A DNA stretch of 48,764 nucleotides from a bacterium (lineage in GTDB: Bacteria; Desulfobacterota; DSWW01). The DNA is taken from assembly GCA_040756235.1 (NCBI GenBank), contig JBFLZG010000156.1, forward strand, positions 1-48,764, in the 5' to 3' direction. The notes below the pieces were generated by a model. The model was not told where the DNA came from and searched no databases. It saw only the letters and a program-made list of their open reading frames with translations. The position numbers and the translations under genes were made by a program. Shown here piece by piece: positions 1-9,269 of the stretch (position 1 is its first letter; the number at the start of each line of letters is the position of its first letter).

Positions 1-56
1 CTCGAGAGAGGCGTGCTCCTTCCTTCGAGCCTTACCACCTGACGGAGGAACCGAAC

Positions 57-1337
57 GTGAGCCGTCTGCTGTTCCGCAGCGCAGCCTGTGCGGGACTGAT
101 GCTCGCCCTGCTGTCCTTCGGGTGCCGCGACAAATGGGACGTCTCGGGGCATCCGGTCAAGGACGAGGAGCTGGATTCTGCCTTCTTCGCCGGTCTCAAC
201 TCCGTGGAGATCCCCGACGTTCCCGAGCCGCAGCGCCTGCGTCCATGCTGCATCTTCGGCAACGACGTGGGCGTCAGCGTCGGCCACGTACCGGTCCCCG
301 GCTACGAGGTACGCAACGTCCTCGACATCGATGAGCTGGGGACCCACAACTACAATAACGGGCTGGTTTCGCTGCAACGACCCGAAGAAGGGCGGGTCGT
401 CTCCGACGAGGCTTCGGGCATCCTGTACACCTGCCGGGGCGGCTTCATCGACATCGCCCACGTGCGCGACAATGCCGACCGTACGCTCTACCTGATCGCG
501 CAGATCGGCCGCCTGGCCGCAAGCGGAGGGACCATTCCTCTGGTCAGCGAAGGCGCCGAGCGCCGGATCGTGGTACGGCCCCTCGACCCTGTCCTCATCA
601 GGGCACACGGCGCGCGCGAGGTCATCGTCATCCTGGCCGAGTGGATCGATTTTCAGGCCTCCATCTGGCACGAGATCGCGACGTGGTACAACTGGTCGTC
701 CACTTCCTTCAGCGAGAGGCCCTCGGCATTTTCGCCCGAAGACCTTTACTCCAATTTGATAGGGGCCAAGATCGCGGGAGCGGTCGTTCGGCGTCATGCG
801 GCGGCTTCGGAGCACGCTTACAATCTCAGTGTCACCGCATTCCTCAAGGATGCGCTCGTCAAGCTGGGTCCTCTTCCCAAGGACGCGAGCCGCCGCGCCT
901 TCGCGTACGTGGACGGCATCTGGTGGGACTCGACCAGGCGGGTCCCTGACAACCGCCTGGTGCGTCATCGCAACTTCGACATCGGGCCGAAACTCTACCC
1001 GTGGAAGCTCAAGGACGCGCAGGTGTCCGAAGCGCTGGCCGCCGCCGGGCAGGAATTCGACGAGGCTTGCGGAGGTGATTGGACCCCTCTCGGTCTGAAC
1101 GTGCCCGACCGCATCGGTGATGTGCCCTTTCGGCAACTGGCGACCCTGGAGATTCGCCCTGACGAGGTGCTGGCCAGGAACGGATTCGTCCTTCCCCGGG
1201 GAGGCAGCAATCTCGTTACCCAGGATGATTTTCCCGCGCTGATCCGGGCGATCGCACGGGCTGCCGACGCGGAGCTGGGCGCGGGCGCTGGCTTGCCTGC
1301 CGCCCGCCTCGACGAGGCCCCGCACCACGGCAGATGA
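57..1337 (+). CDS. DUF4056-family lipoprotein
   Basis: GTG start after GGAGG; lipobox-like LSFGC; motifs LRPCCxFG, GILYTCRGGFIDIAHVRDNAD and SAFSPEDLYSNLIG typical of DUF4056. Confidence 0.75.
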   Translation: MSRLLFRSAACAGLMLALLSFGCRDKWDVSGHPVKDEELDSAFFAGLNSVEIPDVPEPQRLRPCCIFGNDVGVSVGHVPVPGYEVRNVLDIDELGTHNYNNGLVSLQRPEEGRVVSDEASGILYTCRGGFIDIAHVRDNADRTLYLIAQIGRLAASGGTIPLVSEGAERRIVVRPLDPVLIRAHGAREVIVILAEWIDFQASIWHEIATWYNWSSTSFSERPSAFSPEDLYSNLIGAKIAGAVVRRHAAASEHAYNLSVTAFLKDALVKLGPLPKDASRRAFAYVDGIWWDSTRRVPDNRLVRHRNFDIGPKLYPWKLKDAQVSEALAAAGQEFDEACGGDWTPLGLNVPDRIGDVPFRQLATLEIRPDEVLARNGFVLPRGGSNLVTQDDFPALIRAIARAADAELGAGAGLPAARLDEAPHHGR

Positions 1338-1546
1338 GCAGGCGGCTGAAAACCCTTCTGCGGAGCCTGTGCGAGCGAAGTCGGAGATTGCGAGCTTCGC
1401 GAAGCAACCTCCCGATCATCATGCCGCGGCGGCAACCGGAGTTAGCCGCGGGTCTTCCCGGCGCTGACCAGGGCAATCTGTAGGGGCGAAAAATTTTTCG
1501 CCCCTGCTTCGCCCGGCTTCCATCCGGGCATGATTGAGCAGCCTGC
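1338..1546. mobile_element. Putative MITE/composite repeat with imperfect terminal inverted repeats and nested REP-like palindromes
   Basis: Left end GCAGGCGGCTGAA vs reverse complement of right end GCAGGCTGCTCAA (11/13); contains REP-like units at 1383-1413 and 1480-1505; lies between convergent genes; no clear target duplication. Confidence 0.45.
1480..1505 (+). repeat. GTAG-type REP palindrome
   Basis: GTAGGGGCGAAAAATTTTTCGCCCCT: GTAG followed by a perfect hairpin. Confidence 0.7.
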
Positions 1547-1559
1547 GGAGGAGACAGCC

Positions 1560-2969
1560 TCAAAACTGTAATACGGTCTGAGCGTAGAAGTAGGTCGATT
1601 CATCCTCGGGCGGGGCGTCGGGAGCATGCCGGGCGAAGCCCCCCTTGATCAGGTAGGCGAATCCCGTTTCGAGAGCCAGATTCTTGGGGACGACATTCCA
1701 CGTGATACTGCCTTCGATCTGATGGCCGATGAAGTCGCCCGAGCCGCCCGTCTTGTCCTGCAGCCTCGCGGGGACCCACGCGTCGCGATCGGACGCGAGC
1801 CAGGACATCCGGTGTCCCAGGAACGTCGAGAGGGTCTCGGCGGGTCTGATGATCAGGCGATAGCCGGGTGAATGGAGATTGCTGCGCGCGAAGGCTCCCC
1901 AGATGCCTGTTGGACCGAACTCGAAGCGGCGGGCGCCGAACAAGGTGTCAAAGCGTTCGGTGTCGCGGTCGTTCGGGTCGCGGTCGCCGCTCGCATAGTC
2001 GTACTGGACAAGGAAGCGAGGGGCCCACGGCACGTCGAAGGTGTAACCGATCTGGGCATGCTGGCAGTGTGCCGCCTGATCGAGGTCCGTCGTGTCGTCC
2101 GGCCTCGTGGAGGCCCTGGAGTTGCCCGCCTCGTAAATGGATTCCACCTCGAAATCGAGGCTGCCCCTGGCTGGCTCTTTGAACCAGCGCACGCCGGGAG
2201 CGTACAAACGGCGGTTCCGGGTAGCCAGATCCGACGTGTCGTTCTCGTGCAGCCGGACGAGATACAGCTCGCAGGAGATGTTCCAGGGCAACCGGCTGTA
2301 ACGAAAGAAGGCGGCCCAGAGGTATGTTTCCGGGTCCTCGCGGTCGAAGCGGACCTCACCGGCTTCGATGTCCTCGGTCTTGTCGGGCAGCCGTGCCACC
2401 GGAAGGACGAAAAAGCCTCGGGCCTGCCACTTGCTCGGGCTCTCGACCCGCAGGTGGAGCCCGGTGAACGCGTTGATGGTATTGCGGAAGGAATTGCGCG
2501 CCACCAGCCGCCGGCTCCCGAGGTCCATGGTCTGGCGCCCGCCGCGGGCCTCCACTGCAAGCCCGGAACCCGCGAAGCCCTTGGACCCCCAGGCCAGGTA
2601 GCCCTGAAGCAGGTCGGTCCGGTCCTCCTGGGTGGTGTCCAGCGGTGTGCCGGAGTCGTCGAGGACGACACGGGAGTCCATGAGCTCGCCCCCGAGGCGC
2701 CAGCCCTGGAGACGGGCCTCAGCCGTCACCAACGTCCGAAACGCGATGACTTGATCGCCCCCTTCGCCGCCCGCCCGGAACTGGTTGCCGACCGTCTCAT
2801 AGCGCGTCCGTTGTTCGACCCCGAGGCTCAGCCACTCCGGCAGACCGAGCGTGCTCTGCAGACGCCAGGGCTCCGCTGCCTCCGCGTTTCCTGCGGCTGC
2901 AAGGCAGGCAGCCCAAGCAAAAATCCGGAAAACCTTGCAGACCCGTCCACTCCGGAATCCCCGGTGCAT
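1560..2969 (-). CDS. Alginate export (AlgE-like) outer-membrane beta-barrel protein
   Basis: Signal peptide; EQRTRYE, GRQTMDLGSRRLVARNSFRNTINAFTG, YDYASGD and FDTLFGARRFEFGPTG motifs; C-terminal Phe. Confidence 0.8.
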   Translation of the reverse strand: MHRGFRSGRVCKVFRIFAWAACLAAAGNAEAAEPWRLQSTLGLPEWLSLGVEQRTRYETVGNQFRAGGEGGDQVIAFRTLVTAEARLQGWRLGGELMDSRVVLDDSGTPLDTTQEDRTDLLQGYLAWGSKGFAGSGLAVEARGGRQTMDLGSRRLVARNSFRNTINAFTGLHLRVESPSKWQARGFFVLPVARLPDKTEDIEAGEVRFDREDPETYLWAAFFRYSRLPWNISCELYLVRLHENDTSDLATRNRRLYAPGVRWFKEPARGSLDFEVESIYEAGNSRASTRPDDTTDLDQAAHCQHAQIGYTFDVPWAPRFLVQYDYASGDRDPNDRDTERFDTLFGARRFEFGPTGIWGAFARSNLHSPGYRLIIRPAETLSTFLGHRMSWLASDRDAWVPARLQDKTGGSGDFIGHQIEGSITWNVVPKNLALETGFAYLIKGGFARHAPDAPPEDESTYFYAQTVLQF

Positions 2970-3168
2970 GCAGATGTCCCCCCGAATATCGAATGATCAC
3001 ACAGCTCCAGCGGCCCACGCGGCCTCCCTCGAGGGCTCCCACGACCATCGGGCGGAACGGGTAATTACAGGAAACCGATCCGGAAAGCAACGGACTGCCG
3101 CACCCGCCTTACCACGAGAGTGCGGGCAGGCTGGGGCAGGCTGAGGATCTGGCGTGCGCTGCAAGCAC

Positions 3169-3366
3169 TCACAGCCGGCCGCCGAGCAGCGCACTCGACC
3201 CCATGCCGAGGCGACGGACGCATCTCAGTGCAGATTTGAGTTCTCCCGGGATGGGCTTGATCCGGTCCTTGGTCATGAAGTAGACGGACCCCGACCCGGG
3301 GCTGGGAGCGCCTGGCACGAACACCGCGACGTGGCGGCCGTCTATGCGTTCCTCACTCGAGATCAT
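3169..3366 (-). pseudogene. C-terminal remnant of a DUF502-like membrane protein
   Basis: VAVFVPGAPSPGSGSVYFMTKDRI resembles the DUF502 C-terminal motif; the transmembrane N-terminal part is missing and only about 25 bp separate it from the upstream gene. Confidence 0.55.
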
Positions 3367-3390
3367 CGTTCTTTCTTGTATTCCAATCGA

Positions 3391-4116
3391 CTAACCGATC
3401 TCCTTGTCGCCGCCGCGGAGCTCTTCAACCCGGGCCCTCATCCTTTCAGCCCAGTAGTCGATCGCGTTCTTCGCGTCGCTCCATTTCTTCAAGCCCCCGC
3501 GCAGCGTCTTGGTTCCCCACCGCTCATCCGCTGCTGCTGCAATCCGTTTGTTGGTCATCGAATCGGTTACATCCACTTCCATGCTGGCCGAGCCTACGGT
3601 GACTGCTGTATCTGAGGCCATGCCCCCCAGGGTCGTCAGGAGTCTGAGCTGTGGGACCACCGTGGTAACGGTCTTCGAGGCCACCCTGGCTCCCTTGGCC
3701 TCCGTGAGAGCCACGCGCAGTCTCATGACATCAGGCCCAGGGATGGTCACGATATTCAACACCTCGCCAAGCTCTCTGTGCAGGGCTTCATAGGTGTAAT
3801 CGGTCAGCGCCTTTTGTTCCTCCGGGGTGACTCCCTTGATCCCCTCGGGACTCTCCGTCCAAAACGAGACGGAATCGATGATGACCGCGTCGTACTTGGC
3901 GAAGTCCACCGCCGGGTCTATGTACACGAGAGCCGCCTGGTCCCCTTCTCCTTCCTTCAGCATCGAATAATCTCCGAGGAAACCAGATTGCTCGGGAGCC
4001 TGTCTGGGCTGACGCGTTGTTGCGCAGGATGAAAGCGCGATCGCAAGCACCAGGAAGCCTGCCCAAGATACGCCGAACTGTCCCCGTCCGTGTGGTTTGA
4101 TTGTAGAAAGCCTCAT
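3391..4116 (-). CDS. DUF3313-family lipoprotein
   Basis: ATG at 4116 after AGGAGG; lipobox LSSC; SGFLGDYSML, RLRVALT and DSMT..AA.D.R motifs; ORF-track extension to 4407 is not credible. Confidence 0.8.
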   Translation of the reverse strand: MRLSTIKPHGRGQFGVSWAGFLVLAIALSSCATTRQPRQAPEQSGFLGDYSMLKEGEGDQAALVYIDPAVDFAKYDAVIIDSVSFWTESPEGIKGVTPEEQKALTDYTYEALHRELGEVLNIVTIPGPDVMRLRVALTEAKGARVASKTVTTVVPQLRLLTTLGGMASDTAVTVGSASMEVDVTDSMTNKRIAAAADERWGTKTLRGGLKKWSDAKNAIDYWAERMRARVEELRGGDKEIG

Positions 4117-4409
4117 GACTTTCCTCCTTGGATGATTGAGCAGTCTGCCTTTGCGATAGGAGGGGCAGACCCATCCTCGTTTTGTCTTCGAGATATAGTT
4201 CTGTCTTTCCCCAGCCGGAATCGTTGGCCCCGCTCGTCCCAGTGCGGGCCCCCATGTGAGGTGGAGACCTCCCTTTTCCGAGCAGCCGTGATCCGCCAGC
4301 GCTCCTTCATCGCTCGACCACCCAGCGTTGGCGTGGCTGAAGTCTTCCGCGACCTTGTAGGGCTCCCAGCGGCCCGGTCGCTTGAGGCAGCGTGCCCGCG
4401 AACGCAACG

Positions 4410-6026
4410 TTACTTCGCACCGCCGCCTGCTTCCTGGAGTTTTTCCAATACCTGGTCGAGCGCGAAGCTGCCGGGCTTCTGGCGCGGCGGGAATTCGCGG
4501 TACGTCGCCAGGTGCTGCGCCACGAAAGCCTGCGCCGGCACTAACACGAAGATGCGTTCAGTGCGCCAACGCTCGTAGTCGCCTGCCTGGTGGTCAGCCA
4601 ACTCGAACGGGTCGGTACGCAGACAGAACAGCTTCGGGAGGCGCAGCGTCACCAGCGGCTCTTGCCACACGTTGAAACCGTGTTCCCGCTGCTCCATGAA
4701 GACAATCTTCCAGCGGTCGTAGCGCAGGCCGGCGAGGTTCCCATCGTCGGTCCAGTAGAAGAACTCGTGGCGCGGCCACTCGGCTTCGCCTTTGAGCGCG
4801 GGCAAGAGGTTGTAGCCGTCGAGGTGGACCTTGTAGGTCGTGTCGCCGACCTTGTGGCCTTTGAGGAGCTTCTCCTTGATGTCCGGTTCGCCGGCGGCCG
4901 CCAACAGTGTCTGGAGCATGTCCTCATGGGAGCCGATGTTGTTGTTCACCGTGCCCGGCTTGAGGACGCCCGGCCAGCGGATGATGCACGGAACGCGGTA
5001 CCCGCCTTCCCAGTTGGTATTCTTCTCGGCGCGGAAGGGGGTTGTGCCGCCATCCGGCCAGGAGAATGCCTCCGCGCCGTTGTCGGTCGAATACATGACG
5101 ATGGTGTTCTCGGCGATGCCCAGTTCATCGAGCTTCTTGAGCAACTGGCCGACGTGCGCGTCGTGTTCCACCATGCCGTCGGGATAGATTCCGAGGCCGG
5201 TCTTGCCTTGCGATTCCTTCTTCAGGTGCGTCCAAATGTGCATGCGGGTGGAGTTCCACCAGAGGAAGAACGGTTTGCCGTCCTTGTGCGCCTGGTCGAT
5301 GAATCGCAGCGCTTCCCCGGTGACTTCATCGTCCACGGTTTCCATGCGCTTCATGTTCAGCGGACCCGTGTCGGTGAGCTTCTGCTTCCCGATCTTCCCG
5401 AAGCGCGGGTCTTCGGTCGGGTCCTCGCTGCTGGAGGCATAGCTATGGATGACCCCGCGCGGGCCAAAGCGCGCCTTGAACTGCGGATTCTTCGGATAGT
5501 CAGGGTGCTCCGGCTCTTCTTCTGCGTTGAGGTGATAGAGGTTGCCCAAGAACTCATCGAACCCGTGGACGGTGGGCATGTGCTCATTGCGGTCGCCGAG
5601 GTGGTTCTTACCAAACTGGCCGCTGACGTAGCCGTGCGCTTTGAGCAGACCGGCGATCGTCGGGTCTTTACCTGAGAGCCCTTCCTTCGCGCCCGGCAGC
5701 CCGACCTTGAGCAACCCGGTGCGGAAACCGCTCTGACCGGTGATGAAAGACGCGCGGCCGGCGGTGCAGCTCTGCTGGCCGTACCAATCGGTGAAGCGTG
5801 CTCCTTCCCGGGCCAGACGGTCAATGTTGGGCGTCTGATAGCCCATCAACCCCGAGCTGTAAGAACTCGGGTTGAACCACCCGATGTCGTCGCCCCAGAT
5901 AATGAGGATGTTGGGTTTCTTCGCCTGTGCGTGCGCCTGGACGGCGCCGAACAGGGCGAACGTCAGCATCAGCGCGGCAGCACAAAGGCCGGGCGTCCGC
6001 CGCCGCAGTGCGTGAGGTCTGGCCAT
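4410..6026 (-). CDS. Arylsulfatase (Cys-type, formylglycine-dependent), secreted
   Basis: KPNILIIWGDDIG, SCTAGRASFITG (CxAxR), GKNHLG, STDNG and WEGGYRVP; signal peptide; ATG at 6026 after GGAGGAG. Confidence 0.93.
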   Translation of the reverse strand: MARPHALRRRTPGLCAAALMLTFALFGAVQAHAQAKKPNILIIWGDDIGWFNPSSYSSGLMGYQTPNIDRLAREGARFTDWYGQQSCTAGRASFITGQSGFRTGLLKVGLPGAKEGLSGKDPTIAGLLKAHGYVSGQFGKNHLGDRNEHMPTVHGFDEFLGNLYHLNAEEEPEHPDYPKNPQFKARFGPRGVIHSYASSSEDPTEDPRFGKIGKQKLTDTGPLNMKRMETVDDEVTGEALRFIDQAHKDGKPFFLWWNSTRMHIWTHLKKESQGKTGLGIYPDGMVEHDAHVGQLLKKLDELGIAENTIVMYSTDNGAEAFSWPDGGTTPFRAEKNTNWEGGYRVPCIIRWPGVLKPGTVNNNIGSHEDMLQTLLAAAGEPDIKEKLLKGHKVGDTTYKVHLDGYNLLPALKGEAEWPRHEFFYWTDDGNLAGLRYDRWKIVFMEQREHGFNVWQEPLVTLRLPKLFCLRTDPFELADHQAGDYERWRTERIFVLVPAQAFVAQHLATYREFPPRQKPGSFALDQVLEKLQEAGGGAK

Positions 6027-6089
6027 GAGCTCCTCCTTTCGGTTCATTTGGTTTGTTTGTCTGGTCCGTGCTTGCCTTGTTCACAGAGC

Positions 6090-7139
6090 TCAGAACTTCT
6101 TGATTATGGTCACGCCGAACGCCTGGCCCTGGAAGCGGTCCTCGGCTGCGAACTCGTAAAGGGCGTGAAAGGTCAAGCCTGCGTTCCATGGCACATAGGT
6201 CAGCCCGAGCTGTCCGCCCGCGGCGTGAACCTGATCATGCACGTCCGCGTTGCGCGCGTCGTTGCCGCTGTCGTCCGTCACCTGCCAGCTGCTGTAGCCC
6301 GCCGGCCCGACCTCGAGCAGCAGGGTTTGATCCTTCTTGAGCGGCAGGTACTGGCTGATGCCCCAGTTGAGCGTGAGGTTCTGGCCCGGCGTGAAGTCGA
6401 AGTCCTCCTTCTTGTGATGGATTTCATAGGTCAGGGCGGCCGTGACGGCGGTGCCCGGGTGCCCGAACGGATACCATGCCGCGGCGCCTTGAATCTGGTG
6501 CGTCCAGAAGCCCAGCCCGATGTTGTCGGAGGCTTCCACTTCCAGCGTGCCGATGGCGGGAAGGGTCACATCCTCCACGTCGTACTTGCCCGTCGGCGCA
6601 TAGAAACCGTAGGCGAACGTAAAGCCCCAGTGCTTCAACGCCCAACCCAAGGTCACCGGCTGTACGAACAGGTCGCCCACATTGAAGTGCGACGTCTCGG
6701 GGTCGACGCCGCGGCCGGTCTCAGTGGCCAGCGACGCCCCGATGCTGGAGTTGGCAAACGAGGGGAAGATGACGGCAGCGTAACGGGCACCGAAGATCTT
6801 CCAGGGGGATACCCACATGACCGCAGGCGTTAAGGCATACAAGTCCACATCGACATCCACGTCCAGCGTTGCGCCGGGGCCGGGTCCGATCGTGACGGAA
6901 TCGATCTCGTCGCCGTTGCGATCGTTGAGACGGCCGGTCGTGTAGAAGTAGTTGTACAGGATGCCATAGAAGCCGGGCTCGGGCGGCACAAAGAAGTCCC
7001 GGAGGTTGGGCAAGCCGGGAACGTAGTGACCGATCTCGCCAGCCTGCACGGGCGAGGCCGTTGCGGCGAGCGCCGCCAGCGCCAGACCGGCCGCCATCAG
7101 GCAGGCGGGGGGCGCGTTGCGACGAAGCGCGGTTTTCAT
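6090..7139 (-). CDS. SphA / MetA-pathway-of-phenol-degradation family outer-membrane transporter
   Basis: GHYVPG, PPEPGFY, GDLFVQP, FYAPTGKY and NIGLGFWT motifs; C-terminal Phe; ATG at 7139 after GAGGAG. Confidence 0.8.
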   Translation of the reverse strand: MKTALRRNAPPACLMAAGLALAALAATASPVQAGEIGHYVPGLPNLRDFFVPPEPGFYGILYNYFYTTGRLNDRNGDEIDSVTIGPGPGATLDVDVDVDLYALTPAVMWVSPWKIFGARYAAVIFPSFANSSIGASLATETGRGVDPETSHFNVGDLFVQPVTLGWALKHWGFTFAYGFYAPTGKYDVEDVTLPAIGTLEVEASDNIGLGFWTHQIQGAAAWYPFGHPGTAVTAALTYEIHHKKEDFDFTPGQNLTLNWGISQYLPLKKDQTLLLEVGPAGYSSWQVTDDSGNDARNADVHDQVHAAGGQLGLTYVPWNAGLTFHALYEFAAEDRFQGQAFGVTIIKKF

Positions 7140-7762
7140 CTTCTCTCTCCTCTTGTCCTCAGGCCCTGCCCGGTCTCTCCGGACGACCCAAACCCGGATC
7201 TCCGCAGCGTGAATTTCTCCCTCCGCACGGCTGCCGCCGTTTCCTGCGCCCAGAGCAACCTGGGGACGAAGCATGAGCACGGCGGCCGCCGCCCCCGTGA
7301 GTTTCATACCCTTGATTCGCTTCATCGCAGCCGTTCCGGTACTGCTTGCTATTGCCCTGGGTGCCTGTCGCGGTCCGCTCATAGGCCGCGCCTCCAGCTC
7401 CGCGGTTCGCAGGGTCTGTGCATGAGCTTCCCCCTTTTCCGCCCTGGCGGATCAAATACTTGGAGTGAGGCCGATCTGCGGTGCGCCCGCAGGGGAGGTT
7501 CCGAGCGACGAAGTATCGTTATGCCGAGGAAGTTTCGACTTCCAGGCGGGGCCTGAAGACGCGGAGCTTGACATGCAGCGTCGGCGGCGAGGGTTCGCCC
7601 TCGAAGGAGGTCTCTTTGCGCACAGCCTCCCGGCGCGTACGGCGCCATCTGGAATCCTTGTCCTCAGCTGCCTGCCTGAGCAAAGGCAGTAGCGGCTTGA
7701 GTCAGAATGTTATGAAACGCAACTTAGATTCTCAGCGACGGAAAAAAGGTGCGCACAAGATT

Positions 7763-7915
7763 CTGCACCCCGTGTTCGTTGAACAGGTCGAGAATGTTCC
7801 GGTGCAGATCGGTGTACATCCTCGTCATTTCGTGCGCATCGCGGGAAAAGGCGTTCAGCTCGTAAGTGACGCAGAAATCACCGAGGGACTTCTGAAGAAC
7901 GAAGGGGCTCGGCTT
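7763..7915 (-). pseudogene. Remnant of an MscS-family mechanosensitive channel C-terminus (not in ORF track)
   Basis: Manual minus-strand translation gives PFVLQKSLGDFCVTYELNAFSRDAHEMTRMYTDLHRNILDLFNEHGVQ; no start codon and a frameshift near 7912. Confidence 0.65.
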
Positions 7916-8116
7916 TCAGGAGGGAGCGGATGACCACGATCGGAGCGCGAGGAAGACAGATTTCGGTTGCTGCCCCCCCCAGGATGAACACCGCAACGAG
8001 CAGAAGGGTGGCGAACAGCGCCTTCCGTGCGCCCTCGAGCCGTCGCCTCTTGGGCTTGGACGCGAGCGGTGCCGCACGGCCAACGCGCTGGAATAACCTG
8101 TGGCCCCGGATCTCTC

Positions 8117-9241
8117 TTACGCGAGAGGCCGCTTCTGGCCGGCGGCTTCATTCTCCGCGCCGGCCCTCGAATACATTTCGTGCGAATCGGAAAAGATCGG
8201 CTCCCGCTCGAGCCGCTCGAGCCTGAGCGCCTCGGTCGGACAGGTCACGGTGCACACGCCGCATCCCATGCAGCGGTTCTCGTCGATCCGAACCTTGTCG
8301 TCGCCCTCACCGAGCGAGAGAGCGTTGAACATGCAGCGGTCGACGCAGGTCCCGCAGGCGGCGCAGTCATCGTTCGCCCGCGCAACGAAGTTCGACCTGG
8401 CGAACGCCTTCGGATTGTCCCACCGGGTGAGACCGCGCGTGATCGAACAGCAGCAGCCGCAGCACAGGCAGATCACGCCGTCCTTCATTTCTTTGGCGTT
8501 GTCGGTCATGGTCACGAGGCCGAGCTTTCTCATCTCGTCGAGGTACTTGTTCACCTCCTCGCGCGAGACCTGCTTCGCGTCCCCTCTGCCGATCATGAGC
8601 ATGGCGAACATGCCGACGAACACGCACGAAGCCACCGGGAACTTGTCTTTGCATTCCCGGGTCCCGAGCTTCTCTTTCCTGTTGCGGCAGGGACAGGGCG
8701 CCAGCGCATAGACCCCCATGTTGGCCTGGTCGAGGAATGCGTCGATCTCCTCATGTGAGAGGACCTGCTGCCCTGCTGCTAGGGACTGATCGACAGGCAC
8801 GGCACGGCGGTACGGCGTTCCCGACGCTGACGACTCGTAGAACTTGTAGAAACCGTCCTTGATGTAATACTCCTCATAGAGATGCCCGGCCTTTATGGTG
8901 TCTTCGTCGTGGGTGTTTCTGAAGGGGTAATGGTTGACCAGGATCGGGATGACCGGCAGCATGTACCGCCCGCCCAATCCGAGGACGGCTCCTTTTTCCA
9001 CCAGGTGACCGAGCATCCGTTCCACTTCGCCGGCTGGACGCCCCGCCTCATGGGCAACTTCTTCGGCCGTCTTCAGATGTGGCGTAATGGACAGGAGCGC
9101 CGTCAGCTCGGCTTCCTCGGGCGTGTACAATAGCTCCAGATATTTCAGAAAGGCGGGAGAAAAATCGCCCTCCTTCTTCGGCGCGCCGGTCACGAACATA
9201 TCGAACTTCTCGGCCAGTTTGATGTAGCTCGTCTCTTGCAT
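8117..9241 (-). CDS. 4Fe-4S dicluster domain protein with N-terminal winged-helix-like region
   Basis: CAACGTCVDRC and CMGCGVCTVTCP ferredoxin motifs, plus CPCR and CLCCGCCC Cys clusters. Confidence 0.85.
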   Translation of the reverse strand: MQETSYIKLAEKFDMFVTGAPKKEGDFSPAFLKYLELLYTPEEAELTALLSITPHLKTAEEVAHEAGRPAGEVERMLGHLVEKGAVLGLGGRYMLPVIPILVNHYPFRNTHDEDTIKAGHLYEEYYIKDGFYKFYESSASGTPYRRAVPVDQSLAAGQQVLSHEEIDAFLDQANMGVYALAPCPCRNRKEKLGTRECKDKFPVASCVFVGMFAMLMIGRGDAKQVSREEVNKYLDEMRKLGLVTMTDNAKEMKDGVICLCCGCCCSITRGLTRWDNPKAFARSNFVARANDDCAACGTCVDRCMFNALSLGEGDDKVRIDENRCMGCGVCTVTCPTEALRLERLEREPIFSDSHEMYSRAGAENEAAGQKRPLA

Positions 9242-9269
9242 CTTCTTCCTCCCGATGCTTGGGTTGAAC

